Source of the DNA: an uncultured Phycisphaerales bacterium
GTDB taxonomy: Bacteria; Planctomycetota; Phycisphaerae; Sedimentisphaerales; Anaerobacaceae
Reading direction: 5' to 3'
NCBI GenBank assembly: GCA_963718665.1
Contig: OY970359.1
Span: forward strand, 704,001-768,000
Length of the DNA stretch: 64,000 nt
Position numbers and translations under genes: made by a program. Within the stretch, counting starts at the first letter, position 1. Every line of letters starts with the position of its first letter. The notes under the pieces were generated by a model. It did no database searches. It was not told the origin of the DNA and was given only the letters and a program-made list of their open reading frames with translations. Shown here piece by piece: positions 50,990-60,430 of the stretch.

Positions 50990-53214
50990 ATGCCGAATGA
51001 AGAACCGCTAAAATCCAGAAGTTTTTTATCAATTTCCGTCCCTGTCGCGACGGTATTCATCTCAAGTTTCTGCCTTATGGTCCTTGAGATGGTGGCGGGC
51101 CGGCTTATAGCACGATATCTTGGCTCGTCATTATATACCTGGACTGCCGTCATAGAGGTGGTCCTCGCGGGCATCACCATAGGTTATTACATAGGCGGCC
51201 GTATAGCGGACAAGTTCAATACCCAAAAAGCGCTTCCCGTGCTGTTCATCGCCGGCTCAATCGCCTGTGTGCTGATTACTGTCTTGGGCAACGCAATACG
51301 CGAATGGCTGTTTCTCTGGCAGTTCGGCTGGCCGGTTCGGGTGTTCAGCACTATGGCGATTATGTTCCTGCTGCCCTGCACCGTGCTCGGTGCTATTACG
51401 CCCGTGGTGGCCAAAAACGCCCTCGAAAAGGGGCTGCCTAAGGGCAGAACGGTAGGCGATATATACGCCTGGGGGGCCGCCGGAAGCATCGCAGGAACAC
51501 TGGCCGCCGGCTATTACCTCATCCCGGCAATGGGAACGATGGCCCTGATTTGGCTGGTAGCGGGAATTATGGCGATACTTGCCATAATCTGCCGGCTGCG
51601 ATTCCGGCCGGCGTATCTGTGGCTGGCGGTATTCGCTTTCCTGCTTATTACGGCTGCCGCTCCGATGCAGTGGTGTATAACCCTGGGCGCAGGCCTTATG
51701 CTGCGAGAACCAATTGACCCGAGAGTGATTTACCAGGATGAAAGCCAATATTGCTACATCGCCGTCAAACAGCTTTCGGCATTTCCTGACAGGCGAATCT
51801 TTGTCCAGGATACGCTCAGGCACAGTGAAATAATTATGGGCGATATCAATGACCTGCAGTATGAATACACAATGGTTTACGAAAAAATCACCCGCCTGAT
51901 GAGTCAAAACAGGAATAACCTCAATGTAATGTTTATAGGCGGCGGCGGCTACGTCTTTCCGAGATATATCCAGGCCAACTGGCCCGGCAGCAGGATAGAC
52001 GTCGTTGAAATCGACCCCGCAGTTACTAAGGCCGCCATAGAGGAATTTGGTCTTGAAAAAGACACCACCATCAATACATTCACTATGGACGCGAGAAATT
52101 ACGTCGATAAGCTGCTCGAAGACCGGCGTAATGGTAAACCAATACCGAAATATGACTTCATTTATGAAGACGCCTTCAACGATTATTCCGTGCCGTATCA
52201 ATTGGTAACTCGTGAATTCAACGATAAAATCGCCGAGATTCTTTCCGATGACGGCGTGTATATTATGAACCTGATAGATACGCACGAAAGCACCAATTCC
52301 TCGGTGCCGTTATCAATACACTGCAGAAGACATTCCCTTACGTTTACGTCACCGCGGAACAAAACACCCACCCCGTCATACGAGAGACATTTGTCGTAGT
52401 GGCCGCTAAAAAGCCAATCGATATGATGGCCCTTCGAGACGACAAAAAAATAAAAATATGGCATCCCACCGAGTCGGAAATGGAGCATTTCAGGAAAAGT
52501 TCGCATGGAATTGTGCTTACGGACGATTACACCCCGGTGGAAAACCTGCTCGCCCCCGTAATCAATCAAAGCGCGAGAGAAGCACTGGGCCAAAGATATT
52601 TAGACGACGCAAAAACGCTTAAGGCCGAGGGTAAACTGGACCAGAGCATAGTGGCATTTGAAAACGCCTCCATAGTTAGTCCGATCCTGGCCTTTAATGA
52701 AATAGCACTGATGAAGGTGGCGCAAAACAAACCTCTGGAAGCGATTAAGGCCTTCCAAAAAGCCATTGATTCTTATGACCCCAATATCGTAAAAGAACGA
52801 TTAAGAGGCCCTATTTATCTCAATCTGGGCATACTCCTGAAGCAGATGGGCAGGGAAGAAGAATCCCGCCGGCACCTTGCCATGGCCATTGAAGAATTCC
52901 GCCTCGACCTGGCTAACGACCCGAATTCCGCCCTTACATGGTCCCGGCTTGGTGAAACTTTTGGTATGATTGGCGACCTTAACGAGGCATCAAACGCCTT
53001 CGAAAAAGCGATAGCCCTGGAACCGGGAAATATAGCCCATCGATATAATTTGGCGCAGGTGTTTGAGTTCCAGGACCGGCTGGCCGATGCCATTGCGGTA
53101 GTTCAAAAAGCGATAGAACTGGCGCCTTTATCGGGCGACAGCGATGCCACAGCAGACCTCAAAGAATATCTTAGCTCTTTAGAGCGAAAACAAGCAGCAA
53201 AAGCCCCAAAGTAA
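50990..53214 (+). pseudogene. Fused membrane domain / spermidine synthase-like / TPR protein, split by a frameshift near 52292
   Basis: FIGGGGY, VEIDP, DAR and DAF motifs; the other frame continues QFLGAVINTLQKTFPYV...ETFVVVAAKKP...LTDDYTPVE into the TPR ORF 52399-53214. Confidence 0.75.
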
Positions 53215-53234
53215 GCAAATATCGCCTGTTTTTG

Positions 53235-53263
53235 GGAACTTATTTTGCCCCCCGAATGTCAAA
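53235..53263 (+). promoter_or_regulatory. ECF (RpoE-like) promoter candidate
   Basis: GGAACTT-16 bp-GTCAAA just upstream of ATG 53279. Confidence 0.5.
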
Positions 53264-53278
53264 TAACAGAGAAACTCT

Positions 53279-54397
53279 ATGATTAAGACATTGCGCATAA
53301 CGAGTATCATAGCGGCCATAGCGGCGACTGGTTTGCTCGTATTGCCTGCGGTTTATGGCGTGCGCAGCAACCCTAAAATAGAGGAGCTTCTCAAATCACC
53401 CGGCGTAGTCGAGAAATTCACGTCCGCCAAGGGGCAACAGACCTCTAAAGACCAAAGCCAAAATTCGCCTCTGGTAAAAGAGGCAGTGGCCATAGGTACT
53501 TATTTCAATCCGCCTCCCCCGCCCAAACCTGCACCGAGCGCACAACCGTCTGGTCCTTCGCAACCGGTTCCGCCTGCGCCCGTCGCTGTCAAATTCGACC
53601 TGATAGCAACCTCCTATTTTGCTTCACATCCTGAACAGTCGTTCGTCCTGATAGATGAGCCGGGAAAAGGCCAACACTGGGTCAAACAGGGCACAACTAT
53701 AGGCCATTTGACAATCGAGACGGTCAAAGACGGCTCGATAGTGTTACGGGAGGGCCAGAAAACATCAGAAATGACCGTCAAAGTTCAGGAATCGTGGAGA
53801 AAGCTGTTAAAGAATCCGCCGCCTTCGACGCGTTCGTCCTCAGAGGAAGAACCTGTCGCAGCCAGCCCGGCTGTGCAGACACCGGCCAGCCCTAAAGGGC
53901 CTGAAAACGCTGCTCGCCCTTCGCCTGTTACCACGAATAGGCCGGCAGGCATTATCGGCCCGCCCAACTCTCGCCGGAATCCAAGGCAGGGCGCAACGCC
54001 TCCCGCGTCTGAACGAATTACCTCTCCGAACCAGCCCCCCCCGGCAATTGGGCAACCCAAACCGGCGGAAACTGTGAAAACCCCGCCCGCTTCCGAAGTT
54101 AGCCAGCCGCCTACACCTCCGGTTTTATCAACTCCACCGGCGGCGCAACCTCAGCCGGAGGAGGTACCGAAAACAGCGCCTGCTCCTGAAATTGCCCAGC
54201 CGCCGCCCCAGCCGGAAATCCCGGACTCACCCGCTGTAAAGGAAAAAGCCGCCCAGATAGATAAGCTTATATCCGAAATGAACTCATCATCTGATGAAAA
54301 GGAAACAGATGAGTTATTTAAGCAGATAGAGGAGCTTGGTGGGATGAGGGAAGCGGAAAGCCCAAAAGACGCTAACGCAAAAGACGTCAATAAGTAG
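53279..54397 (+). CDS. Membrane-anchored Pro-rich protein with GspC/PilP-like beta domain
   Basis: N-terminal TM; FDLIAT...SFVLI...WVKQG..IG.L.I..V..GSIV; long Pro-rich tail. Confidence 0.6.
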   Translation: MIKTLRITSIIAAIAATGLLVLPAVYGVRSNPKIEELLKSPGVVEKFTSAKGQQTSKDQSQNSPLVKEAVAIGTYFNPPPPPKPAPSAQPSGPSQPVPPAPVAVKFDLIATSYFASHPEQSFVLIDEPGKGQHWVKQGTTIGHLTIETVKDGSIVLREGQKTSEMTVKVQESWRKLLKNPPPSTRSSSEEEPVAASPAVQTPASPKGPENAARPSPVTTNRPAGIIGPPNSRRNPRQGATPPASERITSPNQPPPAIGQPKPAETVKTPPASEVSQPPTPPVLSTPPAAQPQPEEVPKTAPAPEIAQPPPQPEIPDSPAVKEKAAQIDKLISEMNSSSDEKETDELFKQIEELGGMREAESPKDANAKDVNK

Positions 54398-54441
54398 TTC
54401 GCCTCAAAATTAACTTCGCCGTGGATTTCTGCGGGCAAAAC

Positions 54442-55137
54442 TTACTTTTCTTCCTCTTTCTTAACGCCCGCCTGCCCCGCCTTTAATTGCTCGATTTCAG
54501 CCGACAATTCCGCGGCCCAGTTCAATAAATTTGACACTGTTTCCTCGCACTGCTTGTCAATTTCTTTCGCCACCCTCTCATCCCTGCTATTTTCACACTG
54601 TTCAAGCTGACTTCTGACGCCCCGCATATCTTCGTCACTTTTTTTCATCTGGGCCTGGAGCTTCGCGTTGAGCTCCTTTATCTGGTCATCTCGCTTTGTT
54701 ATTTCCGCCTGGGTCAACGCCTGGGCTTTTTTAAGCTGCTCACGCTCACTAAGTTTTTTTATCCCGTCATCTCTCTTTGCTATTTCCGTCTGGACCAACG
54801 CCTGGGCTTTTTTAAGCTGCTCGCTTAGTTTTTTTATCTCGTTACCTTTTTGTGCTATTTCCGCTAAGAGCGGCGCCTGGGCTTTTTTAAGCTGCTCGCT
54901 TAGTTTTTTTATCTCGTCATCCTTCTTTTTAAATTCGGCCTGGAACTGCGTATTGAGATTCTTTATATCATCATCTTTCTTCTTTTTTTCGGCCTGAAGC
55001 TGCGATTGCAGGTTTATATTTTCGGCCGCTGTCAGCCGGGCCATTTTGTCTCCTGATGATGCCTGCTCTTCCTGGCAGCCGCCTGCCCAAACAGCCGCCA
55101 TACTAATTGCCAAAACCGCCGCAAATATCTTTTTCAT
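54442..55137 (-). CDS. Coiled-coil lipoprotein with internal repeats
   Basis: Lipobox AGGC; IKKLSE(RE)QLKKAQA x3; DNA repeat cgcctgggcttttttaagctgctc at ~54718, 54799 and 54874. Confidence 0.8.
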   Translation of the reverse strand: MKKIFAAVLAISMAAVWAGGCQEEQASSGDKMARLTAAENINLQSQLQAEKKKKDDDIKNLNTQFQAEFKKKDDEIKKLSEQLKKAQAPLLAEIAQKGNEIKKLSEQLKKAQALVQTEIAKRDDGIKKLSEREQLKKAQALTQAEITKRDDQIKELNAKLQAQMKKSDEDMRGVRSQLEQCENSRDERVAKEIDKQCEETVSNLLNWAAELSAEIEQLKAGQAGVKKEEEK

Positions 55138-55189
55138 TTCTGTCGCCCCTTTCAATTCGCTTATACAAAATTAATTCCGCCCGCCAAAG

Positions 55190-55837
55190 TTATTCCATAA
55201 CCTGCTCAGCCCTTGGCTGGGTCGGGTCGAGCTTGATAAACACCAATGGCATAGGATGGGCCTTTATCCCCTTTATATTCGGCGGGGTCGCCCCCTTAAG
55301 CCATCTGAAGCTGAACCACTGGGTGTCCCACCTGCTGCCATCTTCTGAGACGAAGCCCTCGAAATAATCCTCCATCCGGCCTTCCAGCTCGCCTGATGGC
55401 ATTTTCATTATGAAGTAATCGATTACAATTTTCGCCCGGAGCATCCGCGCATCCGGAAAATACTTCGCCTCGCAGGGGCCAAGCTTAAAGACATAGTAGG
55501 AATTATCCGGGCCGTTGGCTTCTGCTCCCCCTTGTTCAACCTTTAGCGCCCCTGCCTCAGGGTGAACAATCCTCAACATCGAGCCATTCGATTCAAACTT
55601 GATGTCCCATAAAATATCGGGTATCTCCGCCTCCCATACGCCGACCATTGATTCAGGGAACAGGCCGGATTTACCCTGGAAAAAGTCCGGTATCGCCCCG
55701 CCTTCGGGAGCATTGCCGTCCCAGATTGAATTCGGGTCCCAGGGTTTTTCCCATTGTTTAAGATTATGATTCCCGCACCCGCCGGCAAAACCAAGAGCAG
55801 ACACCGCACAAACTAAAACAATCAATTGTCGTTTCAT
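55190..55837 (-). CDS. Hypothetical lipoprotein
   Basis: Signal peptide with lipobox AGGC. Confidence 0.75.
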   Translation of the reverse strand: MKRQLIVLVCAVSALGFAGGCGNHNLKQWEKPWDPNSIWDGNAPEGGAIPDFFQGKSGLFPESMVGVWEAEIPDILWDIKFESNGSMLRIVHPEAGALKVEQGGAEANGPDNSYYVFKLGPCEAKYFPDARMLRAKIVIDYFIMKMPSGELEGRMEDYFEGFVSEDGSRWDTQWFSFRWLKGATPPNIKGIKAHPMPLVFIKLDPTQPRAEQVME

Positions 55838-55986
55838 TTTAAGTAACCTCACCTGACACCAATTAATGCTATTTTTTTAGACACTGATTTACACAGATTA
55901 ACACGGTTTTTATTTTTTTTACAGTGTTAATCCACGTCAAAAAATTACTGCGTCTAAATTATAACACACACTGCGTCTAAATAAAC

Positions 55987-56027
55987 AAAAAAAGAGGCAT
56001 CCCTTACTTAGGGATGCCTTTGTTTTT
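55987..56027 (-). terminator. Intrinsic terminator
   Basis: AGGCATCCCT / AGGGATGCCT stem flanked by A/T runs. Confidence 0.8.
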
Positions 56028-56064
56028 AAAAAACTAATTCTTAGCGCAAACTGCGTCTATATAT

Positions 56065-57318
56065 TTAATTACTGACAACCGGCACCTTATTATATCCGCT
56101 AAACATGATGTATTTGGTTATGTTTGTCAATAAATAGTTCGGGTCGGCATAATGTGTGACCGCTTCACTCCATCCTGAGCCGCCCTGTGTGATTGCGCCG
56201 GAGGTATTGGAATATATTATGTTTTGTACGGCAATCGTTCCAGTCGAATTTAAGTTGTATATATCTGTACTGCTGCCTGAACCAGTCGTAGCGGCCGAAA
56301 TGACCCCATTCGAGAGTATTATGTTTCCTCCTGTTTTATTGATGTAAACGCCATATACATTACCGGCAACATTCTTTCCGGCAGACACGGAGATTGTGAA
56401 ATTTTCCACAACGACCATCGCGGAAATGCCTGTGAAATTTCCCACAACTGCCACTGTGGAAGTGCCGCCGAGAAATTCTATTCCGCTGGTCATTGCCGAC
56501 GCCGCCCCGGCATCGTTTCTGTAAACAAATATACAAACATCCCTGCATACCCCTCTGCTGTTATTATAGAATATCAAAGCTCTCATTGGCGTTATTGTTG
56601 AATATGAGTTTGAGACCTCAAGAATGCAGTTGTCCACCAAAAAATCAGTAGCGCCACCAAGAAATAATGCGTCATAGCCGGATGAAATCCTGCAATTTTT
56701 TATAATAGGTTTGACTGCGTAGGGCATATGAAGACCATCGTATGCACCCGTTATGTCACAATCTTCGATAGTGCAGTTGCTTTTACTAATTCCCACAACG
56801 GCTTGCGTGTATGGACCATTGCCCGGAGGGCCGGTAAGAATCACAGATAGATTTTTAATAACACACCCGTTTCCAAGTTTTATTCCCGGGGAGTTGTTAT
56901 AGTGTGTAATCCTGCTGGCAGACCGGCTCATACCAATAAGCGTAAGGGCTTTATTACTGGCGTCGAGGTCAACTGTTTCGTTATAATCTCCGGGCCAGAT
57001 ATAAATAGTATCACCGTCGGCAGATGCTGCTACCGCGGCGTTTATCGTCGCTAATCCTGTTTGATAACTGTGCCCCTCGTTATTATCATCGCCATCGACA
57101 CGGACATGCCAGGCATTAGGCAGATTCTGGTCAACCGCGGCAAAGCAGGGTGTTGACAATAAAACGAAAGCCAAAATTAAGATAACATGACCTTTTTGAC
57201 GGCAGGGATTTGCAAAACGCCGGAACACAGACGGGATAGCCGCCATAGAAGAAAGGATTATCTTTTCATCAAACATAATTTTTTGCACTCTTTTGTCAGA
57301 GAACTTCCGTTTAAACAA
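56065..57318 (-). CDS. Secreted right-handed beta-helix (pectin-lyase-fold) protein; start uncertain
   Basis: TINAAV...DGDTIYIWPGDYNE; repeated I.NC.I beta-helix units; hydrophobic signal-like segment. Confidence 0.78.
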   Translation of the reverse strand: MFKRKFSDKRVQKIMFDEKIILSSMAAIPSVFRRFANPCRQKGHVILILAFVLLSTPCFAAVDQNLPNAWHVRVDGDDNNEGHSYQTGLATINAAVAASADGDTIYIWPGDYNETVDLDASNKALTLIGMSRSASRITHYNNSPGIKLGNGCVIKNLSVILTGPPGNGPYTQAVVGISKSNCTIEDCDITGAYDGLHMPYAVKPIIKNCRISSGYDALFLGGATDFLVDNCILEVSNSYSTITPMRALIFYNNSRGVCRDVCIFVYRNDAGAASAMTSGIEFLGGTSTVAVVGNFTGISAMVVVENFTISVSAGKNVAGNVYGVYINKTGGNIILSNGVISAATTGSGSSTDIYNLNSTGTIAVQNIIYSNTSGAITQGGSGWSEAVTHYADPNYLLTNITKYIMFSGYNKVPVVSN

Positions 57319-57357
57319 CAGTCATCCTCAACACCCCTTCTTCACGGGCTGTATAAT

Positions 57358-57386
57358 AGATTAATCGATTGTAAGAAGAATGTCAA
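57358..57386 (-). promoter_or_regulatory. Sigma70-type promoter
   Basis: Minus strand TTGACA-17 bp-TAATCT. Confidence 0.6.
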
Positions 57387-57399
57387 GTTAAAAGTGAGT

Positions 57400-57440
57400 A
57401 AAAAATAGAGGCAGGCCTTTTGGCCTGCCTCTCTATTTTT
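57400..57440 (-). terminator. Intrinsic (bidirectional-type) terminator
   Basis: AGAGGCAGGCC / GGCCTGCCTCT stem with A/T tails. Confidence 0.85.
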
Positions 57441-57458
57441 AAACCTTTACCCGTTTAA

Positions 57459-59018
57459 CTACGGCGTATTCGGGCAAGTCCCAGCAGGTGCGCAAACTTG
57501 TCCGGACGGGCACGTTCCGCCTGTCGGGTTGCACCAATACCAGAAGTTCGGGTCCGCTGTTGTGGATGTATCTCCGCAAAGCGGTACGCTCGATGCCGCC
57601 TTGTTGAAATATGCTCTCAAGAGTGTCAAATCATTGGAGCCAACCCAATACAACGACAACTGTTTCTTGTGGTCGAACGCAGCGCAGATGCCGGTACCAG
57701 CAGGAACCGGGTTCTTGTTGAATGCGCCTCTCAAGATAGTCAACTCATTGGAACCGACCCAATACAACGACAACTGCTGCTTGCCGTCTGCATTGCCGTG
57801 GCACTGTCTCGGATAAGCCCAGCAAGCTGGTTTGTTATTGGCTACCCAGTTGGCATAGAAGCTATTCGTTGTAGCCGTATCCTTAATGGGATAGCTGACG
57901 ATGCTAAGAGTAACCGTCGTGCCGCAACCTAATGTTCCGGCAACGGGGCTCTGAGCATATACATTGCCCACAGCCATAACGCCATCGCCGGGGACATTAA
58001 CATCCGTGCCGACAACAAAACCGGCATTGGTAAGAGCTGTAACAGCAGCGGCCCGTGTCAATCCAGTAACGACCGGCTCAGGCGGCGCAACGCCATACGT
58101 GTAGTTGACAGCGTAACCCTGAGCTTTGCAGCCGGTGTCCTGACTGATAATTACGCCCAGATGGTTGCAATCAACAACGGCTGTACCTGTGCAAGTAAAT
58201 CCTTGAGCTGTCCACACCGTACATGAGTTCGATACTATCTGGCCAACCTCGTTGGTGATGGTTTGGCCTGTCTCATACGAATAGTTGACCGTAGAACCCG
58301 GATTTACGCAGCCGGTGTTCTGGCTGCAAACCGTATTATAGGTGCATGCGCAAGTAGCTGAACCTGTGCCGTTCGGCGTAAAGCCGGCAGTTGTAAGTGC
58401 TGTATCAGCAGCCGCCTTCGTCAGACCGGTGATAGTCGGGATAGTGGTGCATGTCAGGAACACCAGCTTGGTTCCAGTCAAAACCGGCGACGGGGCAAGA
58501 GAGGCGTCCTCAAGAACTATACCGCCGCGTGTGTTGTTCAAGGCAATCGACAGGTTGCCGTCGTGTGCGCCGTTACCGTTGACGTCGAGCCGGAACAACA
58601 GGCCCGAAGTGCCCGGTGCATTGCCATCGACGTATAATGTGCCCAATTCAACGGTAATCGCGCTCGTACCCAGACCTGATTTGGTGTTCGGGTCGCTCGT
58701 CCGAGCAACCGGGGTGTAATTTGTGTCGGCCCAGTTGGGACTGGAGGCATTGATATAGTTCGCGAACTTACCGGGGAATATACCATAGCCGCCGCCCGGG
58801 ACATTGCTCTCGCCAGTGTTAAAATCACGGATATCGCTGATAGTCAGGCCGTTATCAACCGTTATATCAAGCGCAAACGCCCGCACCTTTTCAGCTGCCG
58901 AGCAATTATACCTGAACTCAACGACCCCGCTGCCCTTGTCGGTCGCTGTAACGCTTACCGTCGCCAGAACGGGCGCAGCGATAATCAGCATTGCAATAAC
59001 TAATAAAATCTTCTTCAT
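57459..59018 (-). CDS. Secreted protein: cohesin-like domain + 3 PASTA-like repeats + dockerin-like C-terminus
   Basis: Signal peptide; VRAFALDITVD...GLLFRL; P.V.GLT...A...L..AGF...V..QSP..G repeats; duplicated KQLSLYWVGSN(E/D)LT.LR..FNK. Confidence 0.75.
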   Translation of the reverse strand: MKKILLVIAMLIIAAPVLATVSVTATDKGSGVVEFRYNCSAAEKVRAFALDITVDNGLTISDIRDFNTGESNVPGGGYGIFPGKFANYINASSPNWADTNYTPVARTSDPNTKSGLGTSAITVELGTLYVDGNAPGTSGLLFRLDVNGNGAHDGNLSIALNNTRGGIVLEDASLAPSPVLTGTKLVFLTCTTIPTITGLTKAAADTALTTAGFTPNGTGSATCACTYNTVCSQNTGCVNPGSTVNYSYETGQTITNEVGQIVSNSCTVWTAQGFTCTGTAVVDCNHLGVIISQDTGCKAQGYAVNYTYGVAPPEPVVTGLTRAAAVTALTNAGFVVGTDVNVPGDGVMAVGNVYAQSPVAGTLGCGTTVTLSIVSYPIKDTATTNSFYANWVANNKPACWAYPRQCHGNADGKQQLSLYWVGSNELTILRGAFNKNPVPAGTGICAAFDHKKQLSLYWVGSNDLTLLRAYFNKAASSVPLCGDTSTTADPNFWYWCNPTGGTCPSGQVCAPAGTCPNTP

Positions 59019-59060
59019 AATCAAATCCTCCAAATTAAAGCCCCAGAGTAATTGTTTTTA

Positions 59061-59492
59061 AGCCACAGAGGACACAGAGCACACAGAGAATAATAAAAAC
59101 AGTGTTAATCTGTGTCCGCCTTTGGCGAGACCTCGCTGAAGGCGGGTAAATCCGTGTCTGATATTAACTTATCGGTATAATAGAGCACTGCCATTTGCGT
59201 AATCCGGATTATACCATATCAAAACCCTAAAGTCCAATAAAAACCAAGCCACAGGGTGTTTTTTTACCTTAGCCACAGAGCACACAGAGAGCACAGAGAA
59301 TAATAAAAATTCCAATATCGACATCTTTGCAATTTCGGATTCTTTATTCTTCCGCCGCAATACTACGGCTGGTAACCCATAGATGAAGTTATCCGACGAT
59401 GGCGAACAGGCAGAATCCTGAAACCCAAATGCTATGGGTGTTAACCCATAGTAGTTTACTTAACTCTGTGTCCTCTGTGCTCTCTGTGGCTA
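59061..59492. repeat. 9-mer CACAGAG arrays (direct and inverted) enclosing palindromic elements
   Basis: agccacagag..cacagag..cacagagaataataaaaa at ~59061 and ~59270; inverted copy at 59464-59492; taacccatag/ctatgggt palindromes between them. Confidence 0.8.
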
Positions 59493-59498
59493 AACCGC

Positions 59499-60077
59499 TT
59501 ATTTTCGACGACGCAGGAGCAGGCCGCCAAGGCCGAGTAGCGCTATTGTCATCGGCTCAGGAACCTGGTGAATGACCACGGTGTCCGATACTGCCATCAA
59601 ATAGCTGCCCTGGCCGTCATCAACGACGCTGCCAAGTATAATGGTCGAGTCGCCGACGATTTCGGCGCGATATGTAATGCCGTCAACCACTGTGCCGTTC
59701 ATAACCAGCGACGGAGTTGTTTTACCGATTAGATTGATGTAATACGTCTGGGTTACATCCAGCCAGTCATATTCATATTGACGGACGGCATTGACAATCT
59801 GGTCGCCTGCGCCCTTATGGAGTGTTATCTCGCCGGCGGTAGCGCTGAAATCCGGCCATATAACACTGCCGCCCGATACCGTTCCCAAGCTGCCTTCTGT
59901 AACGAACAAATACAGGTTCGATGGGCTTTGTTCATCAGCAGCGATGATACTGATTGTCGCTGTTTCGCCGGGGCCAATACTTGCCCCACCAGTTTTACCA
60001 TTCACATTGATTACCACCGCCGCATTGGCTATTGCGGCCATTGACAGAATCATTAAAACCGCCAATAATTTTTTCAT
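59499..60077 (-). CDS. PEP-CTERM protein (single beta-sandwich-like domain)
   Basis: Signal peptide; IHQVPEPMTIALLGLGGLLLRRRK. Confidence 0.93.
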   Translation of the reverse strand: MKKLLAVLMILSMAAIANAAVVINVNGKTGGASIGPGETATISIIAADEQSPSNLYLFVTEGSLGTVSGGSVIWPDFSATAGEITLHKGAGDQIVNAVRQYEYDWLDVTQTYYINLIGKTTPSLVMNGTVVDGITYRAEIVGDSTIILGSVVDDGQGSYLMAVSDTVVIHQVPEPMTIALLGLGGLLLRRRK

Positions 60078-60249
60078 ATTGTCCTCCTTTCAATTTTATT
60101 CGACCTTCCAGCATAGCCGGCCAACCGGGAAAGACGCCTCTCCTCGAACCGGCTAAATTTATGGAAGTACCTTCTTCGGGGAGAATTATGCCAGATTATA
60201 AACGCCGTTGTCCAGTAAAAAACAGGCCGCAGAGCGTTTTTTTTATCTT

Positions 60250-60358
60250 GGCCACAGAGGGCACAGAGGACACAGAGTGAACTTTAAAAAATAACTCTCA
60301 AAAACGAACCCGCCGAAGGCGGACAAATTCTCTCTGCTCTCTATGTGCTCTGTGGCTT
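60250..60358. repeat. Inverted 9-mer arrays (MITE-like) enclosing cccgccgaaggcggac
   Basis: gccacagagggcacagaggacacagag ... ctctgctctctatgtgctctgtggc. Confidence 0.75.
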
Positions 60359-60363
60359 AAACA

Positions 60364-60398
60364 AAAAAAAAGAGGCAAGCCAAACCGGCTTGCCTCTC
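60364..60398 (-). terminator. Intrinsic terminator
   Basis: AGAGGCAAGCC / GGCTTGCCTCT stem with an A-run on its left. Confidence 0.8.
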
Positions 60399-60430
60399 TG
60401 TAAAGCTAAAACGTGTTCTGTCGTTATCGC

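Noticed and set aside
4236..52285. Long antisense or overlapping ORFs (e.g. 4236-5003, 6180-6923, 16631-17335, 30750-31586, 51257-52285)
   Set aside because: They are shadows of well-supported genes on the other strand or frame, with no recognisable motifs.
59368..59448. Integron attC site
   Set aside because: The ends do not fit RYYYAAC/GTTRRRY well, there is a single copy, and no integron integrase or cassette array is present.
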